Assembly (NCBI GenBank): GCA_030704615.1
Contig: CM060733.1
Location: forward strand, 57,288,001 to 57,352,000
DNA length: 64,000 nt
Direction: 5' to 3'
Source: Takakia lepidozioides
Taxonomy: Eukaryota; Plantae; Bryophyta
A program made the position numbers and the translations under genes. The first letter of the stretch is position 1. Each line of letters opens with the position of its first letter. Positions 36,739-64,000 of the stretch are shown in pieces. Below the pieces are notes generated by a model. That model was not told where the DNA came from and did no database searches. It saw only the letters and a list, made by a program, of their open reading frames with translations.

Positions 36739-39700
36739 CTATCTACGTACTGATAAACCCATAAAATAATGCACTGATGTCATCCCATTCCCCATTTTTA
36801 CATCCATTATGTAACCACCTATAGGAGTGGTTGAACATCGACGGTCTATATGAGATCTAAATTCCTGATGGATACTAAATATTACTCTGAGTATTGCCTT
36901 TTGAAAAGTTTACAAGCAAACAATTTTGGAGAAATAATTCTTGTCATACAAAGAAACAACAATGAAACTTCAAAGGACTCCTTAAGATCTGTAACATTGT
37001 TTCTAGGTTTTACAATTCAGTAAAATAGTTGTGAAGATGTAGCTCTAAAGAAAGGTCTTCGTTATTCTCCTCCGTTCTAACTTCGCCGCATACTCTAACT
37101 CCCTACCTCAAAAAGTTAGGAGTGTTTGAATTTCCCGGTTACCTACTCAGATCCGAGCTTTTCTTTTCACTCCAGAGATGCTGGGCGGTTCAAAAAAAAA
37201 AACACACAACAAGGAAAAATGCCTTGTATATGTCTAGACCAGACAACAGTGAGACTCTCACTGTGAGAGCGTCATGAAGGTTAGTCCTAAAAGCCATAGT
37301 TAGTCAGAAGAGTCTGGCAGTCATGAGAGTGACCTTTTCTTCTACTATTTATGTTACTAGTATTATATGTGATACAAGGAATGTACTGGACCAGTGTGTG
37401 ACAAGCAGTGGCCGGAAGTGCTGAATCAGGCATTCCACTCCTACTAAAAGTCACAGAGCCTATACAGAATCTCTTCATTGAATCTCAGATGAAGTCTGTC
37501 AGTGTCACCACACTCACCCCATGCAGCTATTAACTCTAGTTTTGGCAAGGTACACCCCATCCTGCTGCATCCACCCCAAAGATGCCATTCCAGTTTCCAA
37601 ATAGAGCTAGCACCTATCACAACCCTCTGCAACTCAGTAAGGATGTTGAGCCTTCCACTCACCTCATCTCCCCCCAAAAACAAATACTAAACAATGCGAG
37701 CGATCCTAATGAATGAATGATTGAGAAAAATAACTAAAAACCACCTCACCTCAACAGTAGTAGCTCTAGGCATCACGGCAAAATTAGCTCGGAAGAAACT
37801 TCCAGCGATGATCCTCTGTGCCCTTTGGGAAACATAGCTCGAGAGAGTTGGGGTTGGAGGGCAACAGAAAACAGAACAGAAGGTAGGAGAAGGAATGTGA
37901 TATGACAGTCCTGACCTCCGAGTTCGTTACACTCACAAAACAACGCACACTGCATTCAAGCCCCTAACTACTACCCCCGCCCCGAGATTACCACTAATTA
38001 CTCTTACTAATTACACACACCGCCACGCTAACTATGCCGCTATTTACACGCCCCCCGCCCACGCCACGGAGCCGGCAGGCACGCCTGGCGGGCGCCCCGG
38101 AAACTGGCGCCTGACATGTCGCCGGCACCCCATCAACTGCCGGCCTATACTTAGTCGGGCCGTAGTGCCCCCGCACGTGCGCATGCATGCGCCTTTACTC
38201 CCTGCGCCCTAGCCCCCGCCCGAATTAGCCTGCGATTAGGGCTAATTCGAGGGCGCATTACTATATAATTACCCTCGGATTGCCTTCCGATTTGGGGGTA
38301 AAATTAGCCCTAATCTCTCGCCTTGCGACTTCGATTTTATTCCCGCCACGCTTCACAGATAAGACGCCCCATTTTTTTACTGTCTGCTCGATATTCGATT
38401 ATCCTCTGCTGCGCTTATAATACTCCACATAACCCATCCGATACCCCAAATATAGACGCCTGCCGTCGATATTAGTGGATGGTTCGAATTGTACAACCCC
38501 ACATAAACGCAAGGTTGGGATTCTATTTTCAGTCCGACGGGGGCCCACTAGCAGCCAGTCACTAGTGAGTTGCCAGCGGAACTGGGTTTATTTTACTAGT
38601 CAATGGTACTTGATTTGTTCGAATGGGGTAATGCCAGGGGGGGGTGTCAGGCTTAACGGTTGCGGATACTTAATCTGTGCCCTAATATTAGGCGCTGGTT
38701 GTCGACGATTAATTCTGTGCATTTATTCATCCGCTTGGATGCTAGCGTCCTACACCTCCCCACTCGCGTGGGGGACGTGTCAGAGAGAATCGATGAATGG
38801 TGGGCCGGATGGACGGATGTGCGCCGGGGTGTCATCCAGCCAGCATAACGAGACGCCAAATAAGGCCTAGGGACAGTGGGGGCAGAGATAGGCGGCTGCT
38901 CGGCTGCGAGAATGTCAGCGCCCCCATTCGCATGTTTAATCGCGGCCATCAACTAGTTATTAAGTTATTCCGCGCGCTGCAGCTGGCAATTATCCCATAT
39001 CGCTCAGTGTGCGCCTATAATATTTATTTTTGGCGCAGTAAGGGTGGGGGGGTGGACTATTTTGCGTTAATTCACCGTCTATTAATTGCACTAGATAAGC
39101 TCATTCTGCCATGTCGGATGTGACTATAATATATTTCCCTATAGTTCACCTTTTTTATGCAGAAATTGTTTTCATTTTCAATCTTTTAAAAAGAAGCGAA
39201 AAGGCCCGCTCCAGGGGGGAGAGCACAAATATTTTACCTTTATAGATTATGAACTTATATACAGATCATCATGTTATTTATTTATTTATTCCCTCTTTTA
39301 TAATAACAGAATGTAAATAGTTTCCGGGCACGAAAGTGCACATTAGTTTATGTTCGTCGATATGAGCATAATGTATGTATTATGTTGCGGACGCAAGTTG
39401 GTTCGTAATATGAGGCTATGCCGGGGGGCAAGGTGTTGAGGTTTGTCAAGTTGTCCTCATCGGTAGTACCAGTTGGGCTATCTAGAATATATACCTAGTC
39501 AAAGGTTAGTTTAATTTCTGATTTTGGTTTTGCGGTGGTTATGATTAGATGCGCCCACCCTTTCACCGCATGCTGACAGGGATTTGTAACGGATAACGTT
39601 GTGTCCCTGGTCTGATGGAATTTCAACATGCGGAGATAAAAATACATTTCGGTAGAGTCCAACCGACTTTCTTTTAACAATATACGGCACACACAAAGTC

Positions 39701-40409
39701 AAAAGGGGACTTGGGAGCAAGCAAGTCGCTTCGTGAAGCCGCTACCTACCGTCAATATTTGGAGGCTTGCTTGCACATGCACTGCATCCATTTAGTCTAA
39801 CAACATCCGAATATCCGTTATTGTCGGTATTTTCTCTCTTAACAGATAAAAATTGAAATATAATTTGAAAAATTGAGATTGAAATTGAGTGCGTTTCCTG
39901 ATGCTTTCGGTCGATGGAGAAAGCACACAAAAGGAGGAATATTAGCCGTACAGTGCGGCCGGCTGGCCGGAAACATAGGGGACCCAGCGCGAACTAGAGT
40001 GGTTTAGTAGTAATAGAGACAGCCAGGCTGGAAACATGCACACACTTTTGACCTAACTGCGTGGTGGTCATATCGGATTCCGCATGCAAGAAGGGATTGG
40101 GCAAATATGACGGTGGGAAAGTATGAAGTTGGTTTTCCAAAAGGGAAAATAAAATGTGGACATGCTGCATGACCACGTGCCCAAGTATGCGGAAGGGTAC
40201 CAATTATATATTAGTGTCCCTAGTGAAACACATGAGAGCTTTATGTGGTTGGCGGTTGTAGTCTCCAAGGACCGCATGGTTGGTTGGTGGGTTAGTTAGT
40301 TAGAATTGGTGTTGTCTTTTTTTGTGGCCCAGGTGCCCGACACACAAGAGAACACATGAGGGAATCTCTACATTTCCTTTCCATGGAAATTGAAAATATT
40401 CCCGGGCCC

Positions 40410-41015
40410 GCATTTGAGGAAAAATTGGGCATAACGTCCTGTCCGGCTAATTAATTAAAACAAAGAAGTAGCAAAACATTGTATTAAAATGGGCATAATA
40501 GAGGTACTTGTCCCCCTTGAAGCACACAACCTCGACATTTGGGAGGGACTTGAGGGAAAATTGGGCATAATGTCGGGCTAATTGAGACAAGAAGAATAAT
40601 AACAAGGCTAAACAGGCATAATAGTATCATTTGTCCCCCTTCCATGCATACAACCCCCATATTTGGGAAGGATTGGAGGAGAAATTGGGCATAATGTCGA
40701 GCTAATTAAAAGAATAAATGTAATAATAAGGCTAAATGGGTAGGTATTTTATATTTTGCCCCTTTTCATGCATACAACCTCGACATTTCCAACGGGCCGG
40801 AGGAAAATTGGGAATAAGGTGGGGCTAATTAAAATGAGACATAGAATAAGTGGCATAATAGTGTTTTATTCGGCCCCCTTCCATCCATACAACCCCGACA
40901 TTTGCGACGGACTTGAGGGAAAATTGGGCATAATGTTGGGCAACGATATTTAGAATAACAAGGCTAAATCGGCATAATAGTGTTATCTGTCCCCCTTCCA
41001 TGCACACAACCCCAC
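40410..41015. repeat. ~120-135 bp imperfect tandem repeat, about 5 copies
   Basis: Recurrent GAAAATTGGGCATAA...GGCTAATT...GGCATAATAG...TGTCCCCCTT...ACAACC. Confidence 0.85.
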
Positions 41016-42247
41016 GTGATTACTCAATAAATATAAATAATAATTATTATGGACATACTACCGACTGCTTGGACCTCCACCCTGGTGTTGGGATCATCAA
41101 CTGGCCTCCGGTCAATGGACCTCAGATCTTTGCCCACTTTTTCAACACTTATGGAATAAAATCAATGATACTCCCCTGGATTATTATTATTATTATTATT
41201 TGGAGAACAGGGGGATGCCCTGGATGTTTTATTGAAGGTTATTTGAAGGGAAAAAAATTAAAATCCTTGAATGCCATAGGCATAAGGCGTGTTCACACGG
41301 CAAGCCGTGTAGGATCCCTGGATTAAGTTCCCATTCAAAATCTCATAGAAACGTAGAAAAGCATTATTTCATAAAACAATGAAGAAAAAAAATGAAGAAA
41401 AAGATAAAGAAAATTTGCATTTTACTGTCATGATTCATGTCATGTTCGGAGTTTTAATAATAAAGCCCTTCAGGGATTTGTATTTATCCTTTTCAGGGAT
41501 TTCAACATTTTTTTAAGGCATTATTAATATATATAATAGAAGAAACGGGGGAAATGAACAGGAAACACTCGATTAAATCATTATATCTTACAACAGTGAT
41601 ATTTGGATATATTTGACTTCAGGGTCGCCGAAAAAAACATCATAGAATTTAACACTTTTGACAAAACTTTGATAGAAATAACTTTTTCAGTGTTGCACCA
41701 TCTACCGAAAGATTCCTAATTCAGCATACATGCAGTATAATCTCAATCATGTCTAATTTAATTAAATCCAACTTACTAATAAGGCTTTGGAAGACTTTCA
41801 ACAAAATTAAATGTACCAAAAAAAGAGTCATGGATGAATCCCATGCCTCATTCACTTTTACCCCCAATTTGGACGATTATTTCTTTCATAACCTCGATTC
41901 CGCTTCCAGTTAATTGTAGGAACCTCAAACAACTGGCGTTTTCATCAAATAACCAGTGGATCTTCGGCCGATCTCCGGCGGATCTTTGACGGTTTTCATG
42001 CCGGTTATCTCAAAAACTAGGCAATCAATCGGCGGTTATGAGCCTTTGCTGGTTCTTTGTGTTTTTGAGAACCGCGGTTATATATCCACATAACCTTCTT
42101 TTTTTCCTTTTATTCCATAACCTTCTCGATAACCTCAGGGGATTTTGTAGCTGAATCAAAGAACCTACTAACTCCTAAGTATATTCATATATTCTCCCAG
42201 AAGACAAATTAGATCAAAATTATGGAGTAGTAGCAGGACTGGTAGTA

Positions 42248-42365
42248 GGACTTTACTTCCCTTCCTTTCTTTACTTTACTGCTAACTTAATCCAGGGCCC
42301 TCTTAACCAGCCCAGCCCTGGATTAAGTTAGCAGTAAAGTAAAGAAAGGAAGGGAAGTAAAGTCC
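42248..42365. repeat. Perfect inverted repeat: 51-bp arms, 16-nt loop
   Basis: 42248-42298 is the exact reverse complement of 42315-42365. Confidence 0.92.
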
Positions 42366-43183
42366 AAGACTCTAGTGACTAGTGTAAGGTAGGTGCAGAA
42401 GCAACAACGGTCTGGCAGCATCGTCAGCGGCCGTCACAGCGCCAGACACTTGGAACACAACGTTAACGCCTCGCACGCAGCCGTGTCAGTTCCCGTTTGC
42501 CTTCTGCTCCCCGCCGCCCCTATAACTAACACTGCTTCCCACCTTTTTCTTTGTGCCTCCACCTAATCTCGCAGCTTCCAAATTTCCCGTAAACTTCTTC
42601 CTCCAGAGTGGAAACAGCTTGCATGCTTTCGCTGTCTCACAGTCTCTCATTTTCAGTCTTTCTTACAGATCAACCTCTCAACTGTGCGGGGCTGTGCACG
42701 GTTATCTTCCAACTTGGGTTACTACCAAGTCGCTTTCCATCATCTTTGTCTGGAAGTACTGGGATCCTGCAGCTTAATATCTGTAAGATTGTATATTTGA
42801 GCTGAGATCTGGAGATATCATTTACATTTCAGTACTTTGGAGATAATAGCAGCTGCTGAGCAACTGGGTTTAGCAGGTCCAGCTTATCCCGGAAGGAGAC
42901 CGAGTTACCTTCAAGGCATTGTTGATGTGTGACAGATAAAGCCGGTCTTTGTTTCGCAGCTGGTGGACAAAGCCTCAGTGCTGAACTCGGTCCAGCTCGG
43001 ATCTCTGAAACTACTCATTCGTTCCAGCTTCTTGGCCTCGTACATTCCCACTTCAAAAAATTCTGTCCTTGTCGCACAGCTCATCTAGACTTTTACCTTT
43101 TTTTGGCCTTTGCTCTTAAGTCACAAGTCATCTCGCCCTCTCTCCCATTCTCTTCAGCGAGTATATATCGGCCTTCTTTTGTC

Positions 43184-44921
43184 ATGGGTGCACAGCAGTT
43201 GCCATCTGCGAGGCGGCCTCCCTCGGACCTCGCAACTGTTCTGGCGAACTCGGGGTCCCTGACTAACGCGGTTTTGATTTCAGCTCTGCTTCGAGGCTCC
43301 AAGCTGCCAGACATGTTCATTGAATCCGAGAATGAGCGACCCAAGGTCGACACTAGTGGAGAGGAGTTCCTAGACATTCCGGTGATAGACCTGTCAGTGT
43401 TGCAGACGGGTGACAAGAATGACAGACAGCGCGTGGTGGCAGCCATGACTAATGCATGCGAGAAGTGGGGATTCCTACAGGTTTCCAATCACGGAGTGGA
43501 CCTGCAATTGATAGAGAGATGCGAGGCACAGGCCCACCGTATGTTTGAGCTGCCCCTGGATGTGAAAGAGAGAGCTCACCGGGCTCCTGGCGAGAAGTTT
43601 GGCTATGGAGCGAACACGTGGTTGGATCAAACTGTGAAGCACTGGTGCGAGAGCTTCGCTTTGCAGTTGCATCCGTTCTCCAACATTCGTGATTACGCCT
43701 CCAAGCTTTTCGGCCCTACTGACGACGAGGCGTTCAGGTAGTGCTTCCGGTATTTTAACTCTAATGGTTCTGTTTCCAGGCCTTTGTCAGCTGCAACATT
43801 CGTTTTAAAGGTTGGGGCGTGCAAGTAATGTCTGGGCTGCACAAAATTGTTTCTGTGCGACAGTCTTGGCTGGCCCCAGCCAGTTATCTAGATTGTCGCC
43901 TTCCTTCGCCTAGATCAGTTCTCATTGTATGCAGTGAAACAGGGATGTAGATTGCTGACGATTATGTTTGTGTGGTATTCTTCTACAGCCAAACGCTCGA
44001 AGAATACATGGGTGAAGTAGAGAAGCTGGCACGTCGTTTAACGGAGCTTCTCTCCGAAGGGTTAGGATTGAGCCCAACTCGATTGAATCACTACTTCAAA
44101 GATGAGAGAATGGCATCTATGCGGCTCAACCTGTATCCGCCATGCCCGGAGCCATCTCTTGCGATAGGACTGAGGGCACATACAGATCCGCACCTCCTGA
44201 CCATTCTGCACCAGGATAACGTGGTGGGGTTGCAAGTCCAGGTTGAGGATCGTTGGATCACTGTCAAGCCCCGTCCTGATTGCTTTGTGGTGAACATTGG
44301 GGACCTCTTTCAGGTACATTTCCCGTCAGACATCTGGCATTTCAGTGTGTCGTTTGAGGACCTTTGGAAAAATTATAATTCTCAAATGCATGTGAGATCA
44401 ATAGACTAACAGAGCTGTTTGTGACAATGTGGAACTTCGCTGTCTCCTCCGGCTTCTACTAGCCTTTGCTAGCTATCGATCGGGGTCTCAACAGCTGTAG
44501 TTAATTGAACCAATGCACGTTGGATCACTGAACAATGTCGAAATGAGGAACTAGACAGGCATATGCATTCAGTAAATGGCTGGTGATAAGTGGACATCAT
44601 TAGTCGCAGATTATCAGCAAAATGTAAGTTTATATGCATGTGAGCCTGATCGAAATCGTTCTCACATACTTGCAGATATTGAGCAACAGGAGATTCAAGA
44701 GCGTCTTACACCGTGCATTTGTGAATAGCACTTCGAAACGGCTCTCTCTTGCGTGTTTCCTAAATCCTCCTTTGAGTGCTACAATCGTTGCTCCCCACGA
44801 GCTTATCACGCCTGATCAACCGCAAATCTACCGGCCTTTCACGTTCCAAGAGTTCCTGTCCGATGCGTACACGCATCATCCAAAGGGTGCCGAGAGACCT
44901 GAGCTATACCACCTCCAGTGA
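43184..44921 (+). CDS. 2-oxoglutarate/Fe(II)-dependent dioxygenase (DOXC class, GA-oxidase-like), paralog 2; exons 43184-43737, 43989-44313, 44676-44921
   Basis: Same motifs (IPVIDL, WGFLQV.NHGV, NLYPPCP, HTD, LHRA, RLS) and same intron positions and phases as paralog 1. Confidence 0.92.
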
Positions 44922-46704
44922 TCTCGATTTGCGTGTTCTCTTTTTGTTTTTTTTCAATAGCGTTAGCCAGCCAGTTGGGTAGATTACTTAGCCACTGCCC
45001 CTACACAGCGGAATCTTACACAGTTTTAGCAAATCGGCAGCTTAACTTGGAGCGAGTCCAGTTGACTTGCTACTACACTTTACACACGTATACAAATGTA
45101 TACCCAAGCTCTTTGAGTAAAAGTCCACAAAGTCACACCCACTGCAATAAACCGCACGTGCTCTCAACTAGTTCTGCATGAGCCACGACCAGAAGTTTTG
45201 CTGCTTTCGGTCCATCTCCATGCAGAATTGTCTTCGGATGTTCTATGGTTTACTTATGCTACTGCTTTCCTGCTCTCATACTTCTAGATCATACAAACGA
45301 AGGGGCTGCGATAATGTGTAGCCCTGTGTTGCTGACATGGATCTGTGTGTTTGCTTCAATACTGCAATAAAATTTATACAATTAAACTAGAAACTTGTCT
45401 CTCTACTTTTACTCCGATCTTTATCTTTGTGGACATGTTTCTTTAAGTTTCCCTTGTGCTTATCTACCTCTACAATCAGAACAAAGTGTACCTCTAGGTT
45501 CCTTCTGTTGCTTGATTTTTTTATTTTCTTCAACATGGGGGAGAGAGCCCTGTGAATCATATTGTAGGGGTTTATGCAAAAGATAACCATGAAAAGTGTA
45601 GTGTATACTGTATACATCAAAGGAGCGATGGGTAACACCCACATCACATAGGTGCATGATCTTCTGATTTGATGTATGAACAACAAAATTCTGAGGCAAC
45701 AACAACAACTGTGATGCTAGATTGTTTTGCTTGGCTTTGCTGCTTTACATTTCCCATTTCCCTATGGTGTTTTATTTCTCCACTTAGAGGTTCTTGATGC
45801 TTGTACAGTCACCTCATTTCGGTCTTTTATGAAGCTATTCTAAAAATTCCGATCAAGTTATGAAGAATTTGTCATTCTCTGCACGCAGGAAACAAAACTT
45901 CGCATCCTGAAAGTGATATGCAAGTGATAATAAGGATAAAAATTGGAAACATGTTTGTATTCAAAGAAGACTGAATTTACTCAAAGGAAGTCAGCAAGCA
46001 TGGTGTAGAAGTGAATTTTCCTTGGGCAGGAAAAGTGCAACAGACAGACCAGAGCCAGTCTCTGTAAAGCCAGTCTCTGTAAAGCTTGTGTACGGTCTTC
46101 AATGTCCTCAAAATTCAAACAACCTCTCCAAAGGCATACCCACCAGGGGGGAGGAATAGACCAGAGGCCTTTTCTCAAGACCAGGACAATCATCCCTGTC
46201 AACTCAAGTTTTTGCTTTTGTAGCACTACCATCATGACACATTTCCAGATGACCACATCTGACCTAATAGAGGGAAATCAAAAAGTGGAAACTGCCATTT
46301 CATTTGGAGACAAGTAATAACTGAACTATAATCCCTTCACCCAGGGAAATGTTTCTCTTCTGACATCACTGGCATGTCTGTATATATGTGTACAAGAGCT
46401 TAACAGTGCCAACCCCTTCTTTGGAAATCAAAGGGTCCATAACCACCCGGAATTAGTTGCACTGACAACCAATGGCCCAGTACCTAACAGCAGGTGCGGA
46501 CATTCTGACAAAACTTGTATACAAAGTCTGTCTACAAGAAACTGGACTAAGAATTATATCTCATCATGGAAACCTTAAAAGTCCCTTTATCAAGCACTAA
46601 TATTACCATGGTTCTTTCCCAGTTGTGACAATATACTCGTGAATTTGTACAAAAAGAACTCACTCGGGGGGTAGTATTGTCCACAAACCCCATAAAAAAA
46701 TTCT

Positions 46705-64000
<17,296 letters not shown>

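Overview
Eukaryotic, intron-containing DNA from a non-seed land plant (bryophyte/lycophyte-like; inferred from gene content). Host genes are two same-strand paralogous 3-exon 2OG-Fe(II) dioxygenases (DOXC, gibberellin-oxidase-like; 4839-6561 and 43184-44921) and the 3' ~17 kb of a minus-strand SPIRRIG/BchA-type BEACH-WD40 gene that ends in an in-frame FYVE-like exon. Between the dioxygenases lie two related Ty3/Gypsy retrotransposons, one nested in the other, both on the minus strand: an older, 5'-truncated outer copy (12147-~32530) and a young, complete inner copy (17604-28786, 4-bp TSD CGGC). Both encode gag-protease-[DNMT3-like C5 cytosine methyltransferase]-RT-RNaseH-DDE integrase-PHD finger. 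The main finding is their end structure. The inner copy does not have two LTRs: in element sense it reads B-internal-A-gc-B-A, and the surviving end of the outer copy matches (A-gc-B-A). The integrated ends come from an internal palindrome (GACA-GC-TGTC) conserved in both families. The inner copy also has a 17-nt self-complementary primer site and a PPT that delimit a hidden A-gc-B LTR. This suggests a permuted-LTR, circle-intermediate integration mode for a DDE-integrase element, coupled to its own methylation writer and histone reader. hAT-type MITEs (8-bp TSDs), a piggyBac-like TTAA element, tandem repeats and a perfect 51-bp-arm palindrome fill the rest. Many frameshifts may be assembly indels.
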